DNA of 64,000 nt from Pseudomonadota bacterium (GCA_020161545.1 JAIUNT010000001.1:25471-89470), one strand, 5' to 3'; shown: positions 44,005 through 54,541, counted from the first letter of the stretch. Translations and numbers: made by a program. Notes: generated by a model from the sequence alone, not told the origin.

Positions 44005-44799
44005 TTATAAGCCCTGGAGCCACGTATCAAGGAGGGCGTGGGTAGCGTTCAAGCTCTCTTCAACGCCGGTGGGCACATTAAAAAGGGTGACCCCTGTCCC
44101 CGTCAAACCATAGCCTGTGACTTTTGCGGGAAACGAAAGCTCCCACGTTTTGGAGGAAAGTGTACTGCGCGCAACAGCTTGCCTCAGCGCCGCCTCGTGC
44201 CCTGCACGCAAGACCGGATACCACACCATCAGAGTCGCCTCACACCAGCGCGTGGCAAGATCCTCAGCAAAGTCCACGGTGCGCGCGTACTCCCCCTTGT
44301 CCTCATAGCTTGGGTCAATGAGCACAACGCCCCGCCGCGGGGTGGGCGGGGACAGCGCCCACACGCCTTGGTACCCATCGCGCTTAGAAACATGGGCGTG
44401 GGAGTGGGCAAAGTGACGACGCAGGTGATCAAATTCCTGGGGGTGCAGCTCCATGAAGTGGAGAGCGTCATCGGGGCGTAAGAGAATCTGGGCAAGGGAG
44501 GGAGACCCGGGATACATCTTGGGACCATGGGCGCGCACAAAGGTTGCCAGCGCCCGCATAAAAGGATGGTCTTTGGGCAGCACCCGGTCTTTGAGTAAGC
44601 TCAAAATGCCAAGCTTGGCCTCGCCAGTTTTCTTGGCCTCGGGTGCGCTCAGGTCATAGACGCCACGCCCTGCGTGGGTCTCGAAGTAAGACAAGGCCGG
44701 TTCCTTAGCCGCCAGATACTCAAGGAGCACCGCCAAGAGGGCATGCTTGTGAACATCTGCCAAGGAGCCGGCGTGATAGATATGCTGGTACGAAAACAT
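44005..44799 (-). CDS. rlmJ: 23S rRNA (adenine2030-N6)-methyltransferase RlmJ
   Basis: 264 aa. The N-terminus MFSYQHIYHAGSLADVHKH parallels E. coli RlmJ MLSYRHSFHAGNHADVLKH. An IDPSYE motif is present. Confidence 0.88.
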   Translation of the reverse strand: MFSYQHIYHAGSLADVHKHALLAVLLEYLAAKEPALSYFETHAGRGVYDLSAPEAKKTGEAKLGILSLLKDRVLPKDHPFMRALATFVRAHGPKMYPGSPSLAQILLRPDDALHFMELHPQEFDHLRRHFAHSHAHVSKRDGYQGVWALSPPTPRRGVVLIDPSYEDKGEYARTVDFAEDLATRWCEATLMVWYPVLRAGHEAALRQAVARSTLSSKTWELSFPAKVTGYGLTGTGVTLFNVPTGVEESLNATHALLDTWLQGL

Positions 44800-44808
44800 G
44801 GCCCCATC

Positions 44809-46230
44809 TTAGTGAACTGTGTCTCCTTTGGCAACAAGAGTTGGTGGGTTCCATCTGTCCTTCATGACCGGAATGCGCGCGAGTTGCTGTTTGTCTTGGC
44901 TTGTCAAAACAAGTCCTGCGTAAGTGCCCTTCATGTCCACCTCATCCCATGCCATATAGGCCAAGGCAAAGGCCTCCCTTGGCAAACGCGCACCCTCCCC
45001 AATGGAATCTGCAAAGGTACACGCCGTCCACCAGCTGAGATAATACTTCAATGTCAAAAGGAACGCCCCATTATCGAACATTTCGGCCTTGAGAGGCCCC
45101 ATATTTCTGCGCCAGTCTTCATAAATAGGCAGCACACCTTTGACAGGCGCGCCTCCCTCGTCCTCGAACCAATACCCAAGTCTTGCTTCGACGGTGTCTG
45201 TGTAAAAAATGCGCTTCTGCGCAAACTTTTCAGCAAACCTGGCCGTTTCTCCCGTTGATAAATGAACGAGGAGCGCCTCTAAGAACGCACTTGTGGCATG
45301 AAATGGATAACCACGAGGCGCTTCAGGTTTAAACATACGCGCGAGGGGGTCCAAAAGAGTCTCGGCGGGTGCAATCACCGCCTTATACATTGTGGCGTGT
45401 GCAATGGCATCTTGGTTTCTTTTGATGGCCTGTTCAAGAGTTTGGGCGGCTTCCTGTCCTTGCTCCAAAAGTGCCTTTGAGCGCAAAAGCTCCTGGACCT
45501 GGGCGTTGAGGTCAACTTCCTCCGGCACATCTTCCTCTAGAGTACGCATCAAAATACTTGGCCAATCGGGCGTAAAGGTTTTCAAGGCACCCTCAAGCCC
45601 GCCGGGCACTTTAAGCATGTCTAAGGTCCCGTCGGAGAGACTGCGATTAAGATGCACAATCTCACCATTTGCCATGAGTAAAAGGCTTTGTATGGCATCA
45701 ACGCCCGGGCATCCTACATAAAAATGCATGAGACTTATCAAATCCCTTTGGGTTGCCGCGATAATGGCGTCCTTCACAGGGAGTGGCTGTTGGGCACGCA
45801 GGCGCTCCAGTTGCTCGCTAGCCAGCTTAAAAAAAGTCGACAACTTGCCCTTATCCAAGGTTGGCACTTGCTTGGCAGCTTGAGCAAAAAGCTTGGGGTG
45901 CTGGTTTTCTAGAATACCTATAGTCTCCCCCGCAAAGGCGGCCCACTCGTTTGCGGGGTGTGCTATGCCTTTAAGCAAAAGTGCATATACCGTATAAACC
46001 CCCGGGCAATAACTGACACGCTCCTCCTTTTCATTAAGGGGAAAATTGTCTGGCCGCCAAAACGTCGTCATGGTGTCTGTGTAGTCATTGAGAAGCGCAC
46101 TGTCTTCAAAGCGCGCAAGGTGAGCGGCGATACTAAGTTCTTTTTCCGTAAACACGACCTCTTGTGCACTCGCCCATAGGGACGTGCCCCAACAGACACA
46201 GAGCAACGCTACTTGTAATACTTTTCCCAT
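44809..46230 (-). CDS. secreted hypothetical protein, paralog family 3 (long form)
   Basis: The start is set at ATG 46230, behind the RBS GGGAGG, giving signal peptide MGKVLQVALLCVCWGTSLWASA. It shares the leader, the signal peptide and blocks such as ALKTFTPDWPSIL with the upstream paralog (SMKQFTPEWPVIF). Confidence 0.75.
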   Translation of the reverse strand: MGKVLQVALLCVCWGTSLWASAQEVVFTEKELSIAAHLARFEDSALLNDYTDTMTTFWRPDNFPLNEKEERVSYCPGVYTVYALLLKGIAHPANEWAAFAGETIGILENQHPKLFAQAAKQVPTLDKGKLSTFFKLASEQLERLRAQQPLPVKDAIIAATQRDLISLMHFYVGCPGVDAIQSLLLMANGEIVHLNRSLSDGTLDMLKVPGGLEGALKTFTPDWPSILMRTLEEDVPEEVDLNAQVQELLRSKALLEQGQEAAQTLEQAIKRNQDAIAHATMYKAVIAPAETLLDPLARMFKPEAPRGYPFHATSAFLEALLVHLSTGETARFAEKFAQKRIFYTDTVEARLGYWFEDEGGAPVKGVLPIYEDWRRNMGPLKAEMFDNGAFLLTLKYYLSWWTACTFADSIGEGARLPREAFALAYMAWDEVDMKGTYAGLVLTSQDKQQLARIPVMKDRWNPPTLVAKGDTVH

Positions 46231-46285
46231 GAAAACCTCCCTTTTTTTCAAAATTCATTTGGCAAGCCCGTCCTTAAAAGCGCCG

Positions 46286-47080
46286 CTACTCCCACTGCCA
46301 ATCCATCTTTTGCTCATCTGCCACATGAATCTGTCCCATAGGCGCCGACACGTCTTGACCATGGACCAAATTAAAAATCACGGGCCACTCGGGGGTGAAT
46401 TGTTTCATGGAGCCAATCAGGTCTCTTGTCATATTCAGGCCACTGAATGCGTGCGTCTGGGTGCTTTGGAAATGATTCAGCTCGTCTTTCGCAACAAGGG
46501 CGATTGCTGTGATCACCTCAACACTCTCCATTTCTGGGGTGTCTGTTTGGTCATGCATGTTCACAAAGGTGCGATAAGCGCCCATCATGCCTGCACAGTC
46601 CCTGTTCACAGACGCAATGAGCCCAGGTATCCAGGGATAGGTTTGCCTTTGAGCAAAGCCCTTTAGCTCTGCTTGTTGCGTGGCAACAGTCCCCTCACAA
46701 TCAGATAACTCAAGGGTAGAGAGTTTTATGACTGCCATGCCAAACTCAAAGGGCTTTGCGGCCATCATAGAATCCTTCGTCTTTGTCACAAGAGTGTGCC
46801 TTTCACCCTTTGGCGCGTCTAAGACGTTTAGAAAATAATCATAGAGAATGGAGAGACTTTTAGACTTTGCCATATAAGGGGCCGACCAAAAGTCTTTCTG
46901 ACCCTTAAGGTACTGCCGAAGCAACTTTGCGTCTTGCGTCTCTTCTTGGGTATTACCCGAAACACAGGGGCTGAGGATTCCTTCCGGTTCATCGATCATA
47001 CCAGCCTGCTCTTGGGCACTCGCCCAAAAAGACGCACTCCAACACACGCACAAGCCTATTACTTTCAAGGTTTTTTTCAT
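46286..47080 (-). CDS. secreted hypothetical protein, paralog family 3 (short form)
   Basis: Signal peptide MKKTLKVIGLCVCWSASFWASA. The RBS is AGGAGG, and the leader TTTTGAAAAAAGGAGGTT is conserved with the downstream paralog. Confidence 0.75.
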   Translation of the reverse strand: MKKTLKVIGLCVCWSASFWASAQEQAGMIDEPEGILSPCVSGNTQEETQDAKLLRQYLKGQKDFWSAPYMAKSKSLSILYDYFLNVLDAPKGERHTLVTKTKDSMMAAKPFEFGMAVIKLSTLELSDCEGTVATQQAELKGFAQRQTYPWIPGLIASVNRDCAGMMGAYRTFVNMHDQTDTPEMESVEVITAIALVAKDELNHFQSTQTHAFSGLNMTRDLIGSMKQFTPEWPVIFNLVHGQDVSAPMGQIHVADEQKMDWQWE

Positions 47081-47208
47081 AAGGAACCTCCTTTTTTCAA
47101 AAGACTAGCAGAGGAAACGCGCCGGTCACAATACGTAAAATATATGTATCTTTTCACCTTTTATGTTAAATAGGGAACAATAAAAAATCTTCAACAAGGA
47201 AAACCCCA

Positions 47209-47925
47209 GTGTCCCAAAAAACCGTGTGGCTTTACGGCACCCACGCCGTGAAAAGCGCCCTTTTAAATCCTAAGCGCCGTATTATGCGTGGGCTTGTCTC
47301 AGCCAAGGCAGATCTTGAGGCTTACGGCCCCCTGCGCGCAGGTGTGTCCTGGCGCGTGGCCGACAAACGGGCTTTTGAAGAGATCTTTGGATTTGGCGCC
47401 GTTCACCAAGGGGTTGCCATTGAGACCGTTTCTTTGCCCACCCTTCACCTTGAAGATCTGGACGCGGCCCAGTCCCTGCCGCCCGTGATCCTGGCCTTAG
47501 ATCAAGTGACAGACCCCCATAATGTGGGTGCCATCATGCGCTCTGCCGCCGCCTTTGGCGTGAAGCATATGGTCATGCAGGACCGCCACAGCCCGGATCA
47601 GCTGCCCACACTTGCCAAAACAGCCTCGGGCGCCCTGGAGCATGTGGAGATCATCAGTGTTGTGAACTTGTCTAGGGCCCTCGAGGATCTCAAGAAAAAA
47701 GGATACTGGGTGGCGGGCCTGGATGAGCGCGGGCAGACCCTTGGCGAAAAGCCCCTGCCCTCCCCCCTCGTGCTGGTTTTGGGCGCCGAAGGTAAAGGTC
47801 TTCGCCCCTTGGTGGCCAAAACCTGTGATATGTCTGTGCGCCTGCCCACAAGCGACGCCTTCCCAACCCTCAATGTGTCGGCCGCCGCCGCCATTGCCCT
47901 TTTTGCCGCCACACGAGGAGCCTAA
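47209..47925 (+). CDS. rlmB: 23S rRNA (guanosine-2'-O)-methyltransferase RlmB (SpoU/TrmH family)
   Basis: SpoU motifs are LDQVTDPHNVGAIMRSA, LVLGAEGKGL and LNVSAAAAIALF. The start is GTG. Confidence 0.85.
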   Translation: MSQKTVWLYGTHAVKSALLNPKRRIMRGLVSAKADLEAYGPLRAGVSWRVADKRAFEEIFGFGAVHQGVAIETVSLPTLHLEDLDAAQSLPPVILALDQVTDPHNVGAIMRSAAAFGVKHMVMQDRHSPDQLPTLAKTASGALEHVEIISVVNLSRALEDLKKKGYWVAGLDERGQTLGEKPLPSPLVLVLGAEGKGLRPLVAKTCDMSVRLPTSDAFPTLNVSAAAAIALFAATRGA

Positions 47926-47930
47926 GTCCC

Positions 47931-48632
47931 ATGCCTTTCTTTTTGAAATCTTTGACCGTCTTTGCCCTGATTTATCTGATCACCTATTTGATGGCGTTTT
48001 TAGGGCTTATCCTGCCTACCCAGGTTTTGCCCATGCTTCTTCTCGGTGTGGCCGCCTATCTTTTCGGCTCCATTCCCTTTGGCCTTGTGTTCACAAAGCT
48101 GTTTGAAGGCAAAGACCTGCGCCAAATGGGGTCCGGCAACATTGGGGCCACCAACGTCATGCGCACGGGCCGCAAGTCTTTGGCGCTCGCAACACTCATT
48201 TGCGACGCGGGAAAAGTCGCCTTGATGATCGCGCTGACGAAGCACTTTCACCACACTCAGACAAGTGTTCTGTGGGTGGCAAGCCTAGGTATTTTGGGGC
48301 ATCTTTTCCCCCTCTGGCTGTCCTTTAAGGGCGGCAAAGGCGTGGCCAGCGCGGCCGGCGCCGTACTTGTTTTATCCTGGCCTGTGGGCGTTGCGGCTAT
48401 CATGTGTTGGCTTCTCGTCTTTCTCATAACCCGCCTGTCGTCCCTATCAGCCATTGCGGCTCTAGCGCTCGCGCCTCTTGTATCTTACGCACTGGCAGAA
48501 CCCACCCCCCTTACCCTCTGGCTTTTAGGGCTATGTGCGCTTATTCTGGTCAAACATAAAGAGAATATCATGCGCCTTATACAGGGCCAGGAGGGCAAAA
48601 TTGATTTCACTTCTTCAAAGAAAGACGGCTGA
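47931..48632 (+). CDS. plsY: glycerol-3-phosphate acyltransferase PlsY
   Basis: 233 aa membrane protein with GSIPFGLVFTK and GSGNIGATNVMRTG. Confidence 0.92.
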   Translation: MPFFLKSLTVFALIYLITYLMAFLGLILPTQVLPMLLLGVAAYLFGSIPFGLVFTKLFEGKDLRQMGSGNIGATNVMRTGRKSLALATLICDAGKVALMIALTKHFHHTQTSVLWVASLGILGHLFPLWLSFKGGKGVASAAGAVLVLSWPVGVAAIMCWLLVFLITRLSSLSAIAALALAPLVSYALAEPTPLTLWLLGLCALILVKHKENIMRLIQGQEGKIDFTSSKKDG

Positions 48633-49749
48633 TCACGCGTCCCAGCTTTCACAGGACGCTTGGGATAGCCTGCGTTTACTGCGCAGTGAAAACGTAGGCC
48701 CCGTCACCTATTTTACACTTTTGCGCACCTACGGGAGCGCCGGTGAGGCCCTCCAGCATCTGGATAGCCACGCGGCGCGCGGAGGGCTCAAGCGCCCCTT
48801 AGTCTTGGCCGACGCCAAGGCCATTGATACAGAAATCACCAAAACCTTTGCCTTTGGCGCCTCCTTTGTGTTTTTTGGAGAAGGGCCCTATTCGGCAGAT
48901 CTTGGGGCCATTTACGACCCCCCACCTATCTTGATTTGTAAGGGAAACGAGGCCCTCATGGCGCGCACCTGTGTGGGGATTGTGGGCGCCAGAAACGCCT
49001 CCCTGAACGCTAAAAAATTCACCAAGCTTCTGGCACACGGCCTGGGCTCAGAAGGTGTGTGCGTTGTCTCAGGCCTTGCCCGCGGCATTGATACCGCCGC
49101 CCATGAGGGAAGCTTAGACACGGGCACAATTGCCTGCGTTGCGGGCGGTATCGACACCATTTACCCCCCAGAAAACAAGGACCTTTTCGCACAAATTATG
49201 GAAAAAGGCTTGGTAGTCACAGAAACGCCTTTTGGTGTTGAGCCCAAGGGATCCCTTTTTCCCCGACGCAACCGCATTATCTCAGGCCTGTCCCAAGGGG
49301 TGATTGTGGTGGAGGCGGCTCTGAAGTCAGGGTCCCTTATCACGGCGCGCCTGGCCCTTGAGCAAGGGCGTGACGTCTTTGCGGTCCCAGGATTCCCCAT
49401 GGACCCCAGGGCCCAGGGCACCAACGCCCTCATTCAAAATGGGGCGACTCTCCTGCAAAAACCATCGGACGTTTTAGATACCCTGCACAGGCGATCCTTC
49501 CGACATAACCCGCCCCGACAAGACTCAACCATTGAGGAAGAAACACCTTTAACAGACGCGCAGCTTGCCAGTTTACGGGATGAAGTCATGTCTCTTTTAA
49601 GTCCAACGCCGATTTGTATTGACGAATTGCGCAGGGAATGTCACATCTCAAACGCAACCTTGTCCCTTGTATTGTTAGAACTTGAGCTGGCAGGGCGCGT
49701 GAGCCGCTTGACGGCAGGCCAAGTATGTGTTCGCCTTGATGGGGTCTAG
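48601..49749 (+). CDS. dprA: DNA-processing protein DprA (Smf)
   Basis: Motifs are GLARGIDTAAHEG, FPRRNRIISGLS, VVEAALKSGSLITA and a C-terminal winged-helix region. The start is uncertain. I chose in-frame TTG 48601. The ORF-track start at 48535 lies deep inside plsY. Confidence 0.85.
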   Translation: MISLLQRKTADHASQLSQDAWDSLRLLRSENVGPVTYFTLLRTYGSAGEALQHLDSHAARGGLKRPLVLADAKAIDTEITKTFAFGASFVFFGEGPYSADLGAIYDPPPILICKGNEALMARTCVGIVGARNASLNAKKFTKLLAHGLGSEGVCVVSGLARGIDTAAHEGSLDTGTIACVAGGIDTIYPPENKDLFAQIMEKGLVVTETPFGVEPKGSLFPRRNRIISGLSQGVIVVEAALKSGSLITARLALEQGRDVFAVPGFPMDPRAQGTNALIQNGATLLQKPSDVLDTLHRRSFRHNPPRQDSTIEEETPLTDAQLASLRDEVMSLLSPTPICIDELRRECHISNATLSLVLLELELAGRVSRLTAGQVCVRLDGV

Positions 49750-49794
49750 AGCCCCTTCATATTGATGAAGAAAGAGAAACGGTAGGACCCGTCC

Positions 49795-52212
49795 ATGAAA
49801 GTTGTTGTTGTCGAATCCCCCTCCAAAGCAAAGACCATCCATAAGTACCTAGGACCAGACTATACGGTCCTTGCAAGCTTTGGGCACGTGCGGGATTTGC
49901 CACCTAAAGAAGGCTCGGTCAAACCCGACGATCACTTCGCCATGACCTGGGAGGTGTCCAAGGACTCGGTCAAGCATATGCGCGATATAGCCTCCGCACT
50001 CAAAGGGGCAGAAGCCTTGTACCTGGCCACCGACCCTGACCGCGAGGGAGAGGCCATTTCTTGGCACATCAAAGAAGTCCTTGAGGAGAAAAAAGCGCTC
50101 AAGAATATTCCCGTTAAACGCATTGTTTTCAACGAGATCACGAAGCAAGCCGTCCAAGGGGCGCTGACCCAGCCACGGGATTTGGATCAAGGCCTTGTTG
50201 ACGCTTACCTTGCCAGACGCGCGCTAGATTATCTCGTGGGCTTCACATTGTCTCCCGTTTTGTGGCGGCGCCTGCCTGGCAGCCGGTCGGCCGGACGCGT
50301 GCAGTCCGTTGCCCTTCGCCTTGTGGCCGACCGCGAGAGCGAGATTGAGGCCTTTCGCGCCCAAGAGTACTGGAGCATCACCGCAACTTTTGAGACGAGC
50401 GCGAAAAAGAAAGTACCCGCGCGCCTTATGACCCTGGATGGGCGCAAGCTTGATAAGTTTGACATCACCAAGGGTGAGGACGCCAATGCCCTCGTTGAGG
50501 CCGCGCGCCTTGAAGCCTATCACGTTTCCAAGGTTGAGAAAAAGCAAACCAAGCGCCATCCCGCACCCCCCTTTACCACCTCAACGCTCCAGCAAGAAGC
50601 CGCACGTAAGCTGCGCTTTTCAGCCAAGAAGACCATGCAGCTGGCCCAGCGCCTTTATGAAGGGATTCAGCTGGGCGGGGAGACCGTGGGTCTGATTACC
50701 TATATGCGTACGGACAGCGTCAACATTGCTGGTGAGGCGCTGGCCCAAGTGCGCGACTATATCGGGAAAACCTGGGCTCCCACTTATCTGCCCAAAGCCC
50801 CGCGCGTCTACAAGACTAAGGCCAAGGGCGCCCAAGAGGCCCACGAAGCCATCCGTCCCACGGGTGTTGTTCGCACGCCGGAATCACTCAGCACGCTCCT
50901 TGATAAGGATCAGCTGGCCCTTTATACGCTTATTTGGAAACGCTTTGTGGCGTGCCAAATGGAAAGCGCCCTCCTTGACCAAGTCAGCGTGGACATCGCC
51001 AGCGCGTCCACCCGTTTCGTATTTCGCGCCAGCGGCTCCAGTATTGCCTTTGATGGATTTTTGACCCTCTACGTTGAGGGACGCGATGATGAAGATGAGG
51101 GAGATGACGGCGACGACGAAAACACGCGCCTTTTGCCCCCCTTGACAGAGAAAGACGTGCTCTCGCTCCTGGAGATGCTGGCCAACCAACACTTCACCCA
51201 GCCGCCACCCCGTTACTCAGAAGCCAGCCTTGTGAAGAAACTTGAAGAGCTGGGCATCGGCAGGCCTTCCACATACGCCTCCATCTTGTCGACGCTTCTT
51301 GATCGCAGCTATGTGCGCTTAGAGAAGCGCTATCTTGTGCCAGAGTCCTTGGGTCGTCTTTTGACCGCGTTTTTGACCCAGTACTTCAGGACCTATGTGG
51401 AGTACGACTTCACAGCCGCACTCGAGGAAAAACTAGACGACATCTCTGAAAACACACGGGCCTATCTCGATGTGTTGGCCTCCTTCTGGAAAGACTTCGA
51501 CGCCGCCATCATTGAGGCGCAAAAGCTGCGCATCACCGATGTCCTCTTGATGTTGGAAGAGCATCTTGCGACGTATATTTTCCCCACCCACGCCGACGGA
51601 TCCGACCCACGCCTTTGCCCCCAGTGTAAGAAGGGCAAGCTTTCCTTACGCCTTGGTAAGTACGGCGGGTTTGTGAGCTGCTCTGATTACCCCGCATGTT
51701 CCTACAGCGCGCCCCTGGCCGGCCTTGGTGCCATGGAGGAAGGCGAGGCACAAGGGGCTTTCGAGACAAAGGAGCTGGGCAAGGATCCCGAAACGGGTCT
51801 TGCGGTCACCATCCGCAAGGGTCCTTACGGCTTTTATTACCAGTGGGGTGAGGCCGAAGGCAAAACAAAGCCCAAACGCGTGTCCTTGCCCAAGGGTGCC
51901 TCCCCTGAGGCGGCAACCCTCGAGCAAGCCCTCAGCCTTGGAGCCCTTCCCCGCACCGTGGGCGTTGACCCCGAAAGCGGTCAAACCATTACGGCAGCGC
52001 TGGGGCGCTTTGGCCCCTATGTGAAGAGAGGCTCAACCTTTGCGTCGCTGACCAAGGACGATAATGTGTTGACCGTTGATCTGGAGAGAGCCCTGGCCCT
52101 TTTCGTGATTTCCGAAGAAAAAAAGCGCGCAAAAGGCGAAAAAGGAGAAAAAGAAGGTGAAACGCCTAAAAAGAAATCGACACCGGCCAAAAGAACGCCT
52201 AAGAAGACATAG
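49795..52212 (+). CDS. topA: DNA topoisomerase I
   Basis: 805 aa. The TOPRIM N-terminus is MKVVVVESPSKAKTI. The catalytic-Tyr region is ITYMRTDS. A Zn ribbon (CPQCKKGKL...CSDYPAC) and a Lys-rich tail are present. Confidence 0.96.
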   Translation: MKVVVVESPSKAKTIHKYLGPDYTVLASFGHVRDLPPKEGSVKPDDHFAMTWEVSKDSVKHMRDIASALKGAEALYLATDPDREGEAISWHIKEVLEEKKALKNIPVKRIVFNEITKQAVQGALTQPRDLDQGLVDAYLARRALDYLVGFTLSPVLWRRLPGSRSAGRVQSVALRLVADRESEIEAFRAQEYWSITATFETSAKKKVPARLMTLDGRKLDKFDITKGEDANALVEAARLEAYHVSKVEKKQTKRHPAPPFTTSTLQQEAARKLRFSAKKTMQLAQRLYEGIQLGGETVGLITYMRTDSVNIAGEALAQVRDYIGKTWAPTYLPKAPRVYKTKAKGAQEAHEAIRPTGVVRTPESLSTLLDKDQLALYTLIWKRFVACQMESALLDQVSVDIASASTRFVFRASGSSIAFDGFLTLYVEGRDDEDEGDDGDDENTRLLPPLTEKDVLSLLEMLANQHFTQPPPRYSEASLVKKLEELGIGRPSTYASILSTLLDRSYVRLEKRYLVPESLGRLLTAFLTQYFRTYVEYDFTAALEEKLDDISENTRAYLDVLASFWKDFDAAIIEAQKLRITDVLLMLEEHLATYIFPTHADGSDPRLCPQCKKGKLSLRLGKYGGFVSCSDYPACSYSAPLAGLGAMEEGEAQGAFETKELGKDPETGLAVTIRKGPYGFYYQWGEAEGKTKPKRVSLPKGASPEAATLEQALSLGALPRTVGVDPESGQTITAALGRFGPYVKRGSTFASLTKDDNVLTVDLERALALFVISEEKKRAKGEKGEKEGETPKKKSTPAKRTPKKT

Positions 52213-52231
52213 TTTTTATATTTGAGTTAAA

Positions 52232-54463
52232 ATGACGTCTTTGAACACACCTTTGCCCACGCCAGAAGAATTGCTGGCCCTCCTGGAGAGCGCTGGCTCC
52301 CCTTTATCCATGCGCGAAATCGCGCACCTCTTTCATCTCAAGGGCCAAGCCCGCGCCCAGGTGCGCGGCATTCTCAAATCTTTAGAGAAAGAAGGCAAAC
52401 TCCAAAGGCGCGGTAAGATCTTCGCAAAGCGTGAAGCCACCCAAGGCCCCAAAACCATGATGGTGCGTGTGGTGCGGCCCCATGACAAGGGCGTGTGGGT
52501 CGTGCCTTCCCAGCCCCAAGACGATATGGCAGATGAGCAGCTTTGGATTGCAGACCCTAAAGGCCGTTTGGAAGCGGGGGATGACGTTCTTGTGTCCCGC
52601 CAAACAAGTACCCTGAAGGTGCTGCGCATCCTAAAGCACGAAACGCAGACCCTCAGCCTTGGTCTTTTTGAAAGCATCGGTGAGGGCGGCCTCTTCATTC
52701 CTGCCTCCCGCAAGGATCGTCAAGAGTATGTGGTGGCACCGGACGGGCGCATGAACGCCCAAAACGGCGACTTTGTGGAGGCGCAGGTGCGCAAAGAAGG
52801 TGGGCGCCGCTTTACGGCCCGCATCACCAAAGTCTTTGGAGCACTCGAGCGTGGCAGTCTTTCCCCTGCCGACATTGCTATCGCCCAGTATGATCTGCCC
52901 CAAACATTTCCAGACAAAGCCCTTGCCCAGGCAAACGCCGCCAAGCCCATGGACCTGGGCGTGCGCGAGGATCTGCGGCACCTGCCCCTTGTCACCATTG
53001 ATGACGAGGACGCCCGGGACTTTGACGACGCGATTTTTGCAGAAAAAGACACAGACCCAGGCAACCCAGATGGGTGGAAACTTGTGGTGGCCATTGCCGA
53101 TGTGGCGGCCTATGTAGAGGCCGGATCTCCCCTCGACGATGAAGCTTACAAGCGCGGAAACTCCGTGTACTTCCCGGACCGCGTGATCCCCATGCTGCCC
53201 GAGGCGCTGTCCAATGAGCTTTGCTCACTCAAGCCCATGGTGGACCGGGCCTGTATGGCGGTTTTCATGACCATTGACCGTCAAGGAAAGCTCAAAAGCA
53301 GCCGTTTTACACGCGGGCTCATGCGCTCGGTGGCGCGCTTAACCTATAAACAGGTCCAAGAGGCTGTCTCCCACGGCGCCCTGCAGCCCTGCTGGGACAA
53401 GGATTTAGTCCCCAAGGTTATCACGCCTCTTTTTGGCGCCTATGAGGTTCTTCTTGGCGCGCGCGAAAAGCGCGGGGCGCTAGAAATCAACCTGCCTGAG
53501 CAGAAAGTCCTTTTCAATGACAAAGGTGAGGTCAAAAGTGTCGAGCCAAGGCTGCGCTTTGAAAGCCACCGCCTCATTGAGGAGTTCATGGTGCTGGCCA
53601 ACGTGGCCGCCGCCATTACGTTGGATGAAGCGCACCTGCCTTGCATGTTCCGTATCCACGATGAGCCTTCCATGGAAAAAGTCGAAGCCCTCATGGACTT
53701 CTTGAAAAATAGCCCCCTCGAACTTGCCAAGGGCCAGCGTATGAGCCCGAAGGTGTTCAACCAGCTCATAGGGCGCGCGGTGGGAAGTCCCATGGAACGC
53801 GCGGTGAACGAGCTTGTACTGCGCACCCAGGCCCAGGCCGAGTATAATCCCCAAAACATCGGGCACTTTGGTCTTGGCCTTGCGCGCTATTGCCATTTCA
53901 CCTCCCCCATTCGCCGCTACGCGGATCTCTTGGTGCACCGTGCCCTTCTCCAGACCATGAAAGCCTATAAAACACCTCATTTTTCTTACACCAACAAGGA
54001 CTTTGAGGAGATTGGCCAACATCTGTCCCAAACAGAAAGACGCGCCGCCATGGCGGAGCGCGAAACACTTGAGCGCTACCAGGCCCTGCGCATGATGGAG
54101 CGCGTGGGCGAGGTCTTTACGGGATTTGTGTCGGGTGTGACAGACTTTGCCCTTTTTATCTCCCTGGAGCACGAAGGGGTGAGCGGTATTTTACCCCTGC
54201 GCGATTTGGGAAGCGATTACTACACCTTTGATCCCAAGCACCACCGGGTTGTGGGCAAGCGCACCAAGCGCGTCTTTGCCCTGGGCGATAAAGTCAAGGT
54301 GAGGCTCGAGGGCGCCATGCCCCTGAAAGGCGCACTCTCCTTTGTTTTGGCCGATGATAAAGGCGCACGTACACCCACGCGCTCCTCCAAACCTGTCTCT
54401 AAAGGCCATAAAGAACGAGCCCGCCCGCCAAAGGCTCCAAAAAAGAGCCACAGAAAGCACTAA
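52232..54463 (+). CDS. rnr: ribonuclease R
   Basis: 743 aa. The RNB catalytic motif is TIDDEDARDFDDAI. Also present are HFGLGLARYCHFTSPIRRYADL, a C-terminal S1 domain and a basic tail. Confidence 0.95.
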   Translation: MTSLNTPLPTPEELLALLESAGSPLSMREIAHLFHLKGQARAQVRGILKSLEKEGKLQRRGKIFAKREATQGPKTMMVRVVRPHDKGVWVVPSQPQDDMADEQLWIADPKGRLEAGDDVLVSRQTSTLKVLRILKHETQTLSLGLFESIGEGGLFIPASRKDRQEYVVAPDGRMNAQNGDFVEAQVRKEGGRRFTARITKVFGALERGSLSPADIAIAQYDLPQTFPDKALAQANAAKPMDLGVREDLRHLPLVTIDDEDARDFDDAIFAEKDTDPGNPDGWKLVVAIADVAAYVEAGSPLDDEAYKRGNSVYFPDRVIPMLPEALSNELCSLKPMVDRACMAVFMTIDRQGKLKSSRFTRGLMRSVARLTYKQVQEAVSHGALQPCWDKDLVPKVITPLFGAYEVLLGAREKRGALEINLPEQKVLFNDKGEVKSVEPRLRFESHRLIEEFMVLANVAAAITLDEAHLPCMFRIHDEPSMEKVEALMDFLKNSPLELAKGQRMSPKVFNQLIGRAVGSPMERAVNELVLRTQAQAEYNPQNIGHFGLGLARYCHFTSPIRRYADLLVHRALLQTMKAYKTPHFSYTNKDFEEIGQHLSQTERRAAMAERETLERYQALRMMERVGEVFTGFVSGVTDFALFISLEHEGVSGILPLRDLGSDYYTFDPKHHRVVGKRTKRVFALGDKVKVRLEGAMPLKGALSFVLADDKGARTPTRSSKPVSKGHKERARPPKAPKKSHRKH

Positions 54464-54541
54464 TCACCATTTGCCTTCTGGTTTTCTGACGGGATTATTT
54501 GATATGCTTTTCCCATAACAGAAAAATCAGGAGGCTATTAG

